Below, piece after piece: positions 19,297-29,352 of a stretch of DNA of 64,000 nucleotides. Where the stretch lies: assembly GCA_035506535.1 (NCBI GenBank), contig DATJPE010000063.1:163903-227902 (forward strand), in the 5' to 3' direction. The stretch comes from Actinomycetes bacterium. GTDB lineage: Bacteria > Actinomycetota > Actinomycetes > DATJPE01. The notes under the pieces were generated by a model, which was not told where the DNA came from, ran no database searches, and saw nothing but the letters and a program-made list of their open reading frames with translations. A program made the translations under genes and the position numbers. Position 1 is the first letter of the stretch. The number at the start of each line of letters is the position of its first letter.

Positions 19297-20204
19297 TCGC
19301 CGGCCTCCTGTCCGCGGTTGCCCTGGAGCTGCCACAAGTGGTGCGGGGGCGCCTGCTCGTGCACGTTCGGGCCGTACGTGTCGTCGACGCGGTCCATGTC
19401 CGCGGCGAGCTCGACACGCCCTCCGCAGGGCGCTTGCACGAACCGGAACACGTTCGAGCCGACGGTGTGCCTGCCCAGCCGGCGCGACTCGCGCCAGCCC
19501 TGCTCGACCATGTGGTTCACGCCGACGACGACCTCGTCGAATCCCTCGACCTCGTAGGCGGTGTGGTTCACGCCCGCCTTGTCCGGCCGGTGGCACAACA
19601 GGAAGGTGTGCTGGTCCTGGTCGCCGTCGGCGCGCATGAACACGCCCATGTCCCGCACGTCGTCGGTGACCTTGAAGCCCAGGCGGTCGACGTAGAAGGC
19701 GACGGCAGCCTCACGACCCGCCTTGGGGATGTTCAGCGCGACATGGCAGAGCCGCAGCGGGTGCACAGGGCCGAGGGGCTGGCGCGAGGTGTTCCACCGG
19801 GTGACCCACCCGGTGCGGTTGTAGCCCGGGACGTCGACGTCCATCGGAGCCGGAGCGGCCACCGTCAACCCGACCCCATAACCGGTCTCGTCCACCGCGT
19901 GCGCCGAGTCCCCCCGTACGTCCACGGGCCGGTCCGCGCCGATGCGGGCCAGGAGGTCCTCGAGGGCCTGCTCGGTGTCGACGCCCCAGACGACCTCGCG
20001 CAGGCTGTTCGTGCCCTCGACGGAGGGCGGCAGCTCGGGGTCGTCGGCGGGGCGCAGCTCCACGACCTGCCCCGCGCGGGTGACGAGCGCCGCCCCGGGG
20101 CCATCGGCGTCGAGCGGCGTCAGCCCGAGGTCACGGAAGAAGCGCAAGCACTCCGGGACGTCGTCGACACCGTAGACGGCCCGCTCCACGCGTACGACTG
20201 ACAC
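19293..20204 (-). CDS. class I (VOC-type, two-domain) extradiol ring-cleavage dioxygenase (catechol 2,3-dioxygenase-like)
   Basis: 303 aa. The protein has two VOC modules; LCHVALNIPKAGREAAVAFYVDRLGFKV and HTAYEVEGFDEVV contain candidate metal-ligand His residues. Confidence 0.75.
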   Translation of the reverse strand: MSVVRVERAVYGVDDVPECLRFFRDLGLTPLDADGPGAALVTRAGQVVELRPADDPELPPSVEGTNSLREVVWGVDTEQALEDLLARIGADRPVDVRGDSAHAVDETGYGVGLTVAAPAPMDVDVPGYNRTGWVTRWNTSRQPLGPVHPLRLCHVALNIPKAGREAAVAFYVDRLGFKVTDDVRDMGVFMRADGDQDQHTFLLCHRPDKAGVNHTAYEVEGFDEVVVGVNHMVEQGWRESRRLGRHTVGSNVFRFVQAPCGGRVELAADMDRVDDTYGPNVHEQAPPHHLWQLQGNRGQEAGE

Positions 20205-20316
20205 CCTGGCCCGGCTCCCTCATCTGCGGTCCCCGCGAGCCTACGGAGGCGTCTCGGGACACTCAACGCGCCGGGACCGCTTGCGGTGCAGTCATTCCTT
20301 GCAGGAAGCGGACGGC

Positions 20317-21249
20317 TCACCCGGAGGCGGCGGCGGGCAGCTCGTCCCGGTGCTCGATGGGGTGCTTGCGGAACCAGTCGGCGATGAAGTCGAGGAAGAC
20401 GCGAACCCTGGTCAGGGTGTACTTCCCGGGCGCGTAGATGACGTAGAGCGAGCGGTGCGGGACCTCCACGGCGTCCAGGACCGGCACGAGATGCTCCGAG
20501 CGCAGCTCGCCGAGGGCGGGGCCGACGGGGAGCATGGTCACGCCTCGGCCCGCGACCGCGGCCTTCTGGAGCGTGAGGTAGCTGTTCGAGACGTAGGCGG
20601 TGCGCGCGATCTTCAGGTGCACGTCCCGCCCGTCCTCCCTCAGCTGCCAGATCGGGTAGTTCGAGTGCACGAGGCAGTCGTGGTCGGCCAGGTCCGCGGA
20701 CGTCCTCGGGACCCCGGCGCGGTCCAGGTAGCCGGGTGAGGCACAGACCAGGAACTCCAGGTCCGCCACCTTCTTGATCATCAGGCCGGAGTCGCGGACC
20801 TGCTTGGTGTGGAACGCGACGTCGTAGCCGCGGGCGAGGAACTCGTGCGGCCGGTCCGACATCCCGCCCACCTCGAAGCGCACGAGGATCTTCGGGTAGG
20901 CGACGGAGAAGGCCGCGATCGCGTCTCCGACGTCGAGGTTCCCGATCCACTTGGGGCACACGACCGAGAGCGCTCCCTCGGGCTTGTCCCGCATCCCGAG
21001 CAGCGCGGCGTCCTCCTGGTCGATCTCGTCGAGGATGCGGGCCGCGAACTCCGCGTACTGCGCCCCGGCCTCGGTGAGGGTCACGTTGCGGGCGGTGCGA
21101 TTGACCAGCCGGATGCCCACCTGGCGCTCGAGCTCGGCGACGTGCCGGGAGACCAGCGACCCGGAGATGCCCAGGCTGCGGGCGGCCTGGATGAAGCTGT
21201 TCGAGTGGGCCACCTCGACGAAGCTGCGCATCACCGTGATGCGGTCCAT
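20317..21249 (-). CDS. LysR family transcriptional regulator
   Basis: ATG at 21249 is preceded by AGGAGGG. The N-terminal wHTH is MDRITVMRSFVEVAHSNSFIQAARSLGISGSLVSRHVAELE. Confidence 0.8.
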   Translation of the reverse strand: MDRITVMRSFVEVAHSNSFIQAARSLGISGSLVSRHVAELERQVGIRLVNRTARNVTLTEAGAQYAEFAARILDEIDQEDAALLGMRDKPEGALSVVCPKWIGNLDVGDAIAAFSVAYPKILVRFEVGGMSDRPHEFLARGYDVAFHTKQVRDSGLMIKKVADLEFLVCASPGYLDRAGVPRTSADLADHDCLVHSNYPIWQLREDGRDVHLKIARTAYVSNSYLTLQKAAVAGRGVTMLPVGPALGELRSEHLVPVLDAVEVPHRSLYVIYAPGKYTLTRVRVFLDFIADWFRKHPIEHRDELPAAASG

Positions 21250-21340
21250 GTCCCTCCTGCGCCGACCCGCACCCCGGGAGGGTCCCGGGCCGCCGGCCGT
21301 GGGCAGCAGGATAGGCGCGCTCGCGGGGGGCGAGGAGGTT

Positions 21341-22951
21341 TCAGCGGGCAACGTCGCCCGCGGAGGGGTCGTCCGGCGAGGATCCGGCGCGCGTCCCGGT
21401 GCCGGGCTCGAGGCCGAACGTGGCGTGCACGATGGCGTCCTGGTCGAGGTCGCCGGTGAGCTCTGCGCTGACCCGTCCGTCGCGGAACACCAGCACGCGG
21501 TCGCAGAGCACCGCGAGGTCAGCGGCGTCGACCGAGGCGACGACGATGGCGCATCCGCCCGCGGCCGCCTCGCGCAACGCGTCGATGATGTCGTGCCGGG
21601 CGCCGACGTCCACCGCCTGGGTCGGCTCGTGCAGGACCAGCAGCCGCGGCGACCCCGCCAGCCACTTGCCCAGCAGCACCTTCTGCTGGTTGCCGCCGCT
21701 CAGCGTTCCCACCAGGGCCTTGGGATCGGCCGGCTTGATGTCCAGCCGCGTGATCATCCGCTGGGCCTCGTCGGCCTGCCAGGCGGAGCCGATGCGCAGT
21801 CGGCTGCCTCGGCTGCGGACCCGCGGCAGGGTGAGGTTCTCGGCGACCGAGAGCTCGAGGGCCACCCCCTCCTCGACCCGGCGTTCCGGCACCAGTGCGA
21901 CCCCGGCGTCGACGAACTCCTCGGTCGACCCGCGTCGCCGGTCGAGGGCCACCACGCGCCCGTCCACGCTGAGCCGACCGGCGAGGGCGCGCCGCGCGCC
22001 GCCGAGCGCGTGGGCCACCTCCTCGAAACCCGAGCCGAGCAGACCGGTCAGCCCGACGATCTCCCCCTGCCGAACCTGCAGGTCGAGGCCGCTCACCTGC
22101 CCGACGGCCAGGTGGTCGACCGTGGCGACGACCTCGGAGCCCGCATGGCTGTCGACGCGCCGATGGGTCACGAGGTGCCGGCCCAGCATCATGCGGGTGA
22201 GAGCCGTCTCGTCGACCTCTCGGGTGGGCACCCCGGACTCGACGACCTGGCCGTCGCGGAGCACGGTGACCCGGTCGGTCGACGCCACGACCTCCTCGAG
22301 CTGGTGGGAGATGAGCAGGACCGACGCGCCGCCGGCGAGGACCGACTCCACGATGGCGAAGAACCGCTCTCGGGCCGTCCGTCCGAGGGCGCGGGTCGAC
22401 TCGTCGAAGATGATCATCCCGCCACCAGGGCGGTGGTCCTGCAGTGCCCGGGCGATCGCGACGGCCGCCCGGTCCTCCGCCGACAGCGACCCCACGGGCG
22501 CCTTGATGTCGAGCCGGCGCCCGAGGCGGGCCAGGACCGCCTCGACGGCCTCCTGCTCCTCGCGCCGGTTGATCCGGCGCGAGAAGCGGGCCGCGCGATA
22601 GCGCCCGAGCCGTACGTTCTCCCACACGGTCCGGTCGTCCACCAGCCCAAGGTTCTGGTGGACGACCGACACCCCCGCGGCCCGCGCGTCGAGCGGCTGG
22701 ACCGGCAGTCTCAGTGCCTGACCGTCGACCTCGACCAGCGCGCCGGGGTCCGGCGTGTAGATGCCGGTCAGGATCTTCACGAGGGTCGACTTGCCGCATC
22801 CGTTCTGACCGACCAGTCCGTGGATCTCCCCCGGCGCGACCCGGAGATGGACGTCCCGCAGCACCCGAGCCGGACCGAAGGTCTTGGACAGGTGCGCCAC
22901 GTGCAGGCGCTGCTCCGAGACCTCCGGCTCGACCTGCTGCGGGACGCTCAC
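21341..22951 (-). CDS. sugar ABC transporter ATP-binding protein (duplicated ABC cassette, RbsA/MglA type)
   Basis: There are two Walker A sites (GQNGCGKST and GLLGSGFE) and a signature motif (LSGGNQQKV). Confidence 0.85.
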   Translation of the reverse strand: MSVPQQVEPEVSEQRLHVAHLSKTFGPARVLRDVHLRVAPGEIHGLVGQNGCGKSTLVKILTGIYTPDPGALVEVDGQALRLPVQPLDARAAGVSVVHQNLGLVDDRTVWENVRLGRYRAARFSRRINRREEQEAVEAVLARLGRRLDIKAPVGSLSAEDRAAVAIARALQDHRPGGGMIIFDESTRALGRTARERFFAIVESVLAGGASVLLISHQLEEVVASTDRVTVLRDGQVVESGVPTREVDETALTRMMLGRHLVTHRRVDSHAGSEVVATVDHLAVGQVSGLDLQVRQGEIVGLTGLLGSGFEEVAHALGGARRALAGRLSVDGRVVALDRRRGSTEEFVDAGVALVPERRVEEGVALELSVAENLTLPRVRSRGSRLRIGSAWQADEAQRMITRLDIKPADPKALVGTLSGGNQQKVLLGKWLAGSPRLLVLHEPTQAVDVGARHDIIDALREAAAGGCAIVVASVDAADLAVLCDRVLVFRDGRVSAELTGDLDQDAIVHATFGLEPGTGTRAGSSPDDPSAGDVAR

Positions 22952-22982
22952 CGCGGACTCCGTGCCCTGACCCGACGCGTCG

Positions 22983-24257
22983 TCAGCTGACGCCCCAGAG
23001 AGTGGCGAAGGCGCTCTTGAACGAGGCGTCGCCGAACCACTCGCCGGACAGCTGGGCCGCTGGGGTGACCGAGATCGAGCCGATGTTGCTCTCGTCGAAC
23101 AACCGGGACGGGATGGTCTCGGTGGTCGGACCGGTCTTGGTGGCCATCCGAAGCGCCTGGTCGGTCAGAGCCCAGCCCTCGTAGGCCTCGTCGGCGACGA
23201 TCACGCACTTCACCACGGAGTTGGCCTTGAGCAGACCGAGACCGTTGGTGGTACCGGCACCCACCGCCAGAGACATGGTCGACGACTTGCCGGACTGCTG
23301 GATGCCCTGGATGGTCGGCTGCAGGCTGTCCTCGAACTCGGTGTAGTAGTACGTGGCGTCCGGGTTGGCGAGGATGTTGGAGCTGGTCGCCGACGCGAGG
23401 AGCGCGTTGGTCGTCGCCGTGATCGTCTTCACGGTGATCTTGCAGCCCGGGCAGTACGTCTTGTAGATCGACAGCGAGTCGGCGACGAACTTCATCGACG
23501 AGGGGTTGTCCGCCTCCTGGGCGATGATCGCGTTGGCCGCACCCTTCGAGTCGGCGATCATCCACCACGCGACCTGGCTCGGGAAGTCGGTCACACCGGG
23601 GACGTAGCTCACCGCGTTGCTGTTCGTGAAGCCGGCGGTCGGGTACTGGTCGCCCACGACGATCGGGATGCCCTTGGACTTGGCCGAGTCCAACGCGTTC
23701 TGCGCCATGCCGTAGGGGATCGCGTCGAGGACGATCGCCGCGGCGTTGGACGTGATGGCCTGCTGGACGCAGGCAGCCACGCCGCTCGGGTTCGCCTTGC
23801 CGTTACAGACCTGGAGCTTGAGCCCGGCCTTCTCCACGGCGCCCTTCATCGTGGCGGCCGCGACGGCGAACGTCGGGATCTGCTGGAGGAGCGGGATGTA
23901 GAAGATGGTGCGGCCCTTGAGGCTGGCGACGTTCGAGACCGGTGTCGTCGGCACGGGGTACTTGAGGGTCTTCGCCGACAGCTGGGCGACCTGCGCCTGC
24001 GCCTTGGCGACGCCGGCGGCCGCGCCGCCACCCGCGGACGCGGCGCTCGAGGCGCCGCTCGAGGCCGACGTACCCATCGAGGTGCTCGGGGCGGACGAGC
24101 TGGAGCTCGACCCCGAGCTGGAGGAGCTGCTGCAGGCGGCGAGCCCTAGCGCCGCGGCGGCGAGCAGGGCTACGCCGGAGAGGAGACTCGTGCGGCGCCG
24201 AGCGCCGGACCTGACCCGTCGATCGGTTGGTGCCATCGGGGACGGCGCTGTGGCCAT
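22983..24257 (-). CDS. sugar ABC transporter substrate-binding lipoprotein (periplasmic-binding-protein type I)
   Basis: ATG at 24257 sits 8 nt downstream of AGGAGG. The RR-containing signal with lipobox (RRRTSLLSGVALLAAAALGLAAC) is followed by a Ser-rich linker and a PBP fold. Confidence 0.8.
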   Translation of the reverse strand: MATAPSPMAPTDRRVRSGARRRTSLLSGVALLAAAALGLAACSSSSSSGSSSSSSAPSTSMGTSASSGASSAASAGGGAAAGVAKAQAQVAQLSAKTLKYPVPTTPVSNVASLKGRTIFYIPLLQQIPTFAVAAATMKGAVEKAGLKLQVCNGKANPSGVAACVQQAITSNAAAIVLDAIPYGMAQNALDSAKSKGIPIVVGDQYPTAGFTNSNAVSYVPGVTDFPSQVAWWMIADSKGAANAIIAQEADNPSSMKFVADSLSIYKTYCPGCKITVKTITATTNALLASATSSNILANPDATYYYTEFEDSLQPTIQGIQQSGKSSTMSLAVGAGTTNGLGLLKANSVVKCVIVADEAYEGWALTDQALRMATKTGPTTETIPSRLFDESNIGSISVTPAAQLSGEWFGDASFKSAFATLWGVS

Positions 24258-24321
24258 GGAACGTGACCTCCTGTGAGCTGACATGGCTGACGTACGGCAG
24301 AGGACTTGGCGTGAAGCCGCG

Positions 24322-25356
24322 CTAGGTGGCGCGCTTGTGCAGAACGGTGGAGATCGTGACGGCGGCGATGAGGACGCCGCCGTAGAAGACCGGGGACACC
24401 CAGGCCTCGAGACCGAGGAGCTGCAGGCCGAGGATGCCGGTCTCCAGGAAGTAGATGCCGAGGAAGGTCCCGATCGGGTTGAAGCGACCGGGCTCGATGA
24501 TGGCCGTGCTCAGGAAGACCGCGGCGAAGGTGGGGAGCAAGAAGCTGTCCGATGTGGTCGCGTTGTAGCCGCCGAGCGCGGCGACGGCGATGACCGCGCC
24601 CACGCCGCAGAGCAGGCTCGACACCACGAAGGAGCCGAACCGGATCCGGTCGACGCGCACGCCGGAGAGGCGGCTCACCTCGCGGCTGGCCCCGACGAAG
24701 CGCATGTGACGCCCCAGCGGGGTGTACGCGAGGACGTAGGCGAAGCCCGCGACCAGGATGACGCCGTAGTAGAAGGAGACGGGCAGCCCGCCCACGTCGT
24801 ACAGGGCGATCTTGCCGAACCCGGTCGGCAGACCGCTGATCGTGTTGAGCGAGGAGATCCAGAGCGAGATGCCGAGCAGGAAGGTGCTCATGCCGAGCGT
24901 GACCACGATGGTGTTGACGCCGACCTTCACGACGAGGAAGGCGTTCACGAAGCCGACGGCGAGGGCCGAGGCGATCGCGGCGACCGACGCGGCCCAGACG
25001 TTCCAGTGGTGGTTGACCACGAGGACGGGCAGCACGGTCGCCGCCAGGCCGAAGACCGCGGGGACCGACAGGTCGACGAACTCCCCGACGCAGATGGTGC
25101 AGAGCAGCGCCATGGTCATGAAGACGAGTGGCTGCTGAGAGCTGAGGATGGTCTGCAGGCTCGCCTTGGTGAGGAAGAGCTTCGGTTCCACGACGCCGTA
25201 GAAGGCGATCATCAGGAGCCAGACGCCGATGACGGCGTAGCGACCGGCGAAGTGACGAAGTCCTTCGGACCTGGCGTGCGCGGTGGCGACGGGCTGCGGC
25301 TCCCGCCCCGCCTCGGGCATGGTCGACACCTGGTCGTCTCCTCGCGTGGTCGCCAT
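24322..25356 (-). CDS. sugar ABC transporter permease (RbsC/AraH type)
   Basis: Multi-TM protein of 344 aa with RbsC-like topology. Its ATG overlaps the CMD-gene stop (ATGA). Confidence 0.85.
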   Translation of the reverse strand: MATTRGDDQVSTMPEAGREPQPVATAHARSEGLRHFAGRYAVIGVWLLMIAFYGVVEPKLFLTKASLQTILSSQQPLVFMTMALLCTICVGEFVDLSVPAVFGLAATVLPVLVVNHHWNVWAASVAAIASALAVGFVNAFLVVKVGVNTIVVTLGMSTFLLGISLWISSLNTISGLPTGFGKIALYDVGGLPVSFYYGVILVAGFAYVLAYTPLGRHMRFVGASREVSRLSGVRVDRIRFGSFVVSSLLCGVGAVIAVAALGGYNATTSDSFLLPTFAAVFLSTAIIEPGRFNPIGTFLGIYFLETGILGLQLLGLEAWVSPVFYGGVLIAAVTISTVLHKRAT

Positions 25357-25943
25357 CAGCCTGCCTCACGCTCCGAGTCGGGCACGACCTTCTGGTAGCC
25401 GCGGACGTCCGGGAACGGCGGTTCGCGGTCCGGCTGCAGGTCGACCTGGAAGGTGTTGAGGAGCATGCCGAGCATGCTGAAGTTGCCCAGGCACCCGATG
25501 GTGTCCACCAGCCCTTGCTCTCCGAACAGGTCCAGGGCCTCGCGGAAGGTCTCGTCGTCGACGAAGTGGTCACGCAGAACCCGGGTCGCGAACGCGTAGA
25601 ACACCTGGTCCTCTCGGTTCGCGAACGTCGCCGGGCGGTTCGCGGCGATGTCCAGGACCGCTTGCTCCTCCACGCCCGCCGCGATCGCGCGTGCGACGTG
25701 TGCGTTCCAGGAGTACTGCGCGTCCCAGGCGCGAGCGGCCAGGAGAAGGCTCAGCTCCCGCAGCCGCTCCGGCAACGCGGACTCGAACCGGCAGTAGGCA
25801 CCCAGCGCCTCGACGCGCTCGCAGAGCTCGGGGCTGCGCAGCCACACGAGGAACGGGCCGCGGGTTCCGCCGCGCCGGCTGGTGATGCGGGCGCTGATCT
25901 CCGCCTGACGTTCCGTCAGGTCGGTGAGAGCAGGGAGTCGCAC
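25356..25943 (-). CDS. carboxymuconolactone decarboxylase (CMD/AhpD-like) family protein
   Basis: GTG at 25943; about 194 aa with a CMD-family helical core (YSWNAHVARAIAAGVEEQAVLDIAANRP). Confidence 0.65.
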   Translation of the reverse strand: MRLPALTDLTERQAEISARITSRRGGTRGPFLVWLRSPELCERVEALGAYCRFESALPERLRELSLLLAARAWDAQYSWNAHVARAIAAGVEEQAVLDIAANRPATFANREDQVFYAFATRVLRDHFVDDETFREALDLFGEQGLVDTIGCLGNFSMLGMLLNTFQVDLQPDREPPFPDVRGYQKVVPDSEREAG

Positions 25944-26117
25944 AGTCCGGGGCCTTCCAGGTCGGTCACAAGTCGTGCGCTCGTAACCTTGAGGACACGC
26001 GGCGGCGATGTCCACGGTTTCGCGGTAACGACTGGCCCCCAGGACCGAAGCCATATCTTGCGCCGATTGCGCGCCCGCTCCGGGGAGAGGGGAACGGCCG
26101 CGACGTACGGTGTCCGC

Positions 26118-26531
26118 ATGTCCGTCGTGAAGGCCGCCGATACTCGCCTGCTCGATCGCGGAGGGGGGGTGCAGACCCTCCCGCTCGTGACCCGGACGAG
26201 CGTGAGCGAGGACATCAAGGTGACGACCGGCATCAGCACGTACCCGCCCGGGACGGGCGCTCCGCTGCACACCCACAACTGCGACGAGCACGTGATCCTG
26301 CTGGAGGGAAGAGGCGAGGTCGAGGCGGCGGGCGTGGTGACGCCGCTGGTGCCCTACGACTCCACGTACGTCCTGGCCGGCATCGAGCACGCCTTCCGCA
26401 ACACCGGTGACTCACCGATGGTGATCCTGTGGGTCTATCCCTCGGCGGTGGTGACGCGCACGTTCGTGGCCACCGGCGAGACCGTCGAGCACCTGTCCGC
26501 CGCGGACCTCATGGTCAGCGACAGCACCTGA
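26118..26531 (+). CDS. cupin domain protein
   Basis: ATG at 26118. Cupin motifs G(X)5HXH(X)3,4E(X)6G (PLHTHNCDEHVILLEG) and YVLAGIEHAFRN are present. Confidence 0.7.
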   Translation: MSVVKAADTRLLDRGGGVQTLPLVTRTSVSEDIKVTTGISTYPPGTGAPLHTHNCDEHVILLEGRGEVEAAGVVTPLVPYDSTYVLAGIEHAFRNTGDSPMVILWVYPSAVVTRTFVATGETVEHLSAADLMVSDST

Positions 26532-26575
26532 CCCCGCTCAGGCGTCTGGGCAACGCGCCTTCGCCCGTGCCCGGC

Positions 26576-27628
26576 TCACTCGATGGGGTCGGGTACGTCG
26601 ATCCCGAGCGACGTCGCCGCGTCGGTGAGCTCCTTCCACACCTTGGGGCCGAGCGGCACGCCGGATGCCCGGCGCTGCTCCTCGGACCGGTCCCCACGCT
26701 CGCCGGGGACGAGGATCTCCCTCGTCTCGTCCTCGCGTGGCAGGCCCTTGATCGCGGCCACGGTGTCACCGACGATGGCCTGGAAGTCTCCCAGCGGCTG
26801 GAACGCGGACACATCGATCGCGAGGAGCGCACCGTTTTGCCGGTGCCGTCGGCCGGCCGGATCGTCGCTGTGGTAACGGCTCACGATGGGGTTGGCGACC
26901 AACCCGCTCGCGAGGAGCTCGAAGAGCAGGCTCATGCCCGACCCCTTCGCGCCTCCCACCGGCAGCGGGATCGCCGCCTCCGTCGGGTCGGTCGTCGGCC
27001 GGCCGTCCTTGGTCAGCGCGACCCCGGGCGCCAGCTCGGTGCCGCTCGCCTTGAGCTGGGCCAGCCGGCCGAGAGCGATGACCGCCGTCGCCATGTCCAG
27101 CAGCACCGGTCGCCCGGGTGAGGGCACCGCGATGGAGAGGGGGCTGGTCGCGACGCCGACCGCGCGGCTGCCGTGATAGGCCATCGTCGGCCCGCCCGCC
27201 ACCAGGCCGAGACCGGCCATCCCGGCGTCGGCGATGTGCGTGGTGTAGTAGCCGATCGCGCCGGTGTGGACCGTCCCACGCACCGCGGCCCACGCCACCC
27301 CAGTCTCCGCCGCGGCCGTGACGACCTCGGCCGCCGCGCGAGTCATCGCGACCGGACCCGGGGCGGTGTGCGCGTCGACGAGCACGATCGCCGAGCGGAG
27401 ACGACTCACCTCGATCTCGGCGTCCGGGGCGGAGTCCCCCTTGTCGAAGAGCTCGAGGTAGCGCGGGACCCGGGAGACGCCGTGCGAGTCGATGCCCCGC
27501 AGATTGGCCCACACGAGAGTGTCGGCGATGGTCTCGGCATCTGTGGGCTTGCACCCACGGGCCACGAAGACCTCGGTCACGAGGGTGCGGAGGCTCTGCG
27601 CGCGGACGAGGACCTTGGGGGCAGGCAT
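26576..27628 (-). CDS. Ldh_2 family (malate/L-lactate dehydrogenase family 2) NAD(P)H-dependent oxidoreductase
   Basis: ATG at 27628 (MPAPKVLVRAQSL). The translation contains IDSHGVSRVPRYLE and AVAMTRAAAEVV, typical of the Ldh_2 family (sulfolactate / ureidoglycolate / pyrroline-2-carboxylate reductases). Confidence 0.8.
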   Translation of the reverse strand: MPAPKVLVRAQSLRTLVTEVFVARGCKPTDAETIADTLVWANLRGIDSHGVSRVPRYLELFDKGDSAPDAEIEVSRLRSAIVLVDAHTAPGPVAMTRAAAEVVTAAAETGVAWAAVRGTVHTGAIGYYTTHIADAGMAGLGLVAGGPTMAYHGSRAVGVATSPLSIAVPSPGRPVLLDMATAVIALGRLAQLKASGTELAPGVALTKDGRPTTDPTEAAIPLPVGGAKGSGMSLLFELLASGLVANPIVSRYHSDDPAGRRHRQNGALLAIDVSAFQPLGDFQAIVGDTVAAIKGLPREDETREILVPGERGDRSEEQRRASGVPLGPKVWKELTDAATSLGIDVPDPIE

Positions 27629-27647
27629 CGGTGGGTTCTCCCAGTGC

Positions 27648-29348
27648 TCAGCGGGTGAGGTGGACTGACACGACGGCGGGCTGGCCGGCACGCGCGACCT
27701 CGACCGCCTCCTTGAGGGCCGAGGGCAGCTCGTGTGCGGTGTCGACGCGAACACCGTGAGCGCCGCAGGCGCGCGCGATCGCCGCCGGGTCCGGCTGGCC
27801 GTCGAGGGAGACGCCGAAGAACCTCCCCGTCGAGACGGCCGCGCCGTCGGGATATGACCGGACATGGTTGTGCCGCATGGACAGGTAGCTGCCGTTGGTG
27901 AAGACGACCACGAGAAGCGGCAGACCGAGCACGCGGGAGGCCATGAGCGCCTGGACGAACGGGTTGTACAGCAGTGAGCCGTCGCCGACGGTGAGGACGA
28001 CCAGCCGCTCCCCGACGGCGAGCTTGACGCCGAGCGCCCATCCGCTGCCCTGGCCGAGTCCGCCCTGGACGTAGTAGTACCGTCCCGGCTGGTCCGCCAT
28101 GAGGTGCTGGACGAGCAGGCGACTGTGCGTGATCGTCTCGTCGACGACCACCGCGTCCTCCGGCAGCGTCTCGCGCAGCGCAACCGCGAGCGCTACGGGG
28201 TCCACCGGCCCGTCGGGCCGACCGGCCGCCCGCTCCTCGGCTGCTCGGCGGTCACGTTCACGAGCCTCGTGGACTGCCACGGCAGCGGTACGGCGCTCCT
28301 CGACCACCCCGCTGTCGGGCACACCGATCTCCCGCAACCTCCTGGTGAGCGCGCCCAGCGTGAGCGCCGTGTCCCCGCGCACGTAGGCGTCGGCGTCGAG
28401 CACCTGGTAGGCGACGTGGGGTCGCTGGGGTACGTCGTCGACGACGAGCGTGCGGATCCCGTCGGGAACCGCGGACGGCGGGTACCAGGGAGCACGGCAG
28501 CTGAGGAGCACCACGAGGTCGGCGTCGGCGGCAGCGTCGGCCGCGTCCCCCCCACCGTGCAGGGGGTGACGGCGCGAGAAGTTCGCGCACACGGCGGACT
28601 GCGGCTCGACCACCGGTGCGCCAACCGTCTCGGCGAAGGCGAGCAGCGCCGCCCACTGGGCGGTCGTACGTCCGCCCGACTCGGTGACCACGACGGGCCG
28701 GCGGGCGGCGGCCAGCATCCGAACAGCGACGTCGAGGTCGGCCTCACTCGCGACAGTGGCCCCCACCGGGGGGACCCGACGGCCACCGCGTGGAGCCCAC
28801 GGGGCGAGCAGCACCTCGACCGGAACGTTGACATAGACCGGGCCGGCGGGTGGTGCCGCGGCCAGCTCCGCCGCGCGTGTGACCATGCCGCGCACGACGG
28901 CGACGTCGGCGGCGGTGTTCGACCACTTCGTGAACGGGGCCGCCACTCCCTGGGGACCGCCGACCACGGAGAGGTTGCGATACCACTGCGACCCGGGGTC
29001 CGGTCCGGCTGCATCGCCATACCCGGTGGACTCACCGGAGCACACCACCATCGGCACTCCGGCGAGCAGCGCGCCGTGGATCGCGTTCGCCCCCTGCAAC
29101 AGGCCGGCCGCGGCGTGCAGGAGGACCACCTGCGCGCGTCCGGTGACCAGGCCGTACCCGGTGGCCATGCCGACGGCGAGCGTCTCGTGCGTCAGGTCCA
29201 GGTACCGCGGACCGGGGATCGCGTCGCGCTCGGCGCGGGCCAGCGCCTCCCACACCGGCGCCCACTCAGAACCCGCCGAGGAGAAGACGTAGTCCGCGCC
29301 GAGGTCACGGCACGCCTGCAGGAGCGCCTCGCCGCCGTCCAGGCTCAC
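27648..29348 (-). CDS. thiamine-diphosphate-dependent enzyme (acetolactate-synthase-like three-domain architecture)
   Basis: GTG at 29348. The N-terminal Pyr domain is LLQACRDLGADYVFSSAGSEW; the C-terminal PP domain is GLGQGSGWALGVKLA...GDGS...N. Confidence 0.8.
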   Translation of the reverse strand: MSLDGGEALLQACRDLGADYVFSSAGSEWAPVWEALARAERDAIPGPRYLDLTHETLAVGMATGYGLVTGRAQVVLLHAAAGLLQGANAIHGALLAGVPMVVCSGESTGYGDAAGPDPGSQWYRNLSVVGGPQGVAAPFTKWSNTAADVAVVRGMVTRAAELAAAPPAGPVYVNVPVEVLLAPWAPRGGRRVPPVGATVASEADLDVAVRMLAAARRPVVVTESGGRTTAQWAALLAFAETVGAPVVEPQSAVCANFSRRHPLHGGGDAADAAADADLVVLLSCRAPWYPPSAVPDGIRTLVVDDVPQRPHVAYQVLDADAYVRGDTALTLGALTRRLREIGVPDSGVVEERRTAAVAVHEARERDRRAAEERAAGRPDGPVDPVALAVALRETLPEDAVVVDETITHSRLLVQHLMADQPGRYYYVQGGLGQGSGWALGVKLAVGERLVVLTVGDGSLLYNPFVQALMASRVLGLPLLVVVFTNGSYLSMRHNHVRSYPDGAAVSTGRFFGVSLDGQPDPAAIARACGAHGVRVDTAHELPSALKEAVEVARAGQPAVVSVHLTR

Positions 29349-29352
29349 CGGC

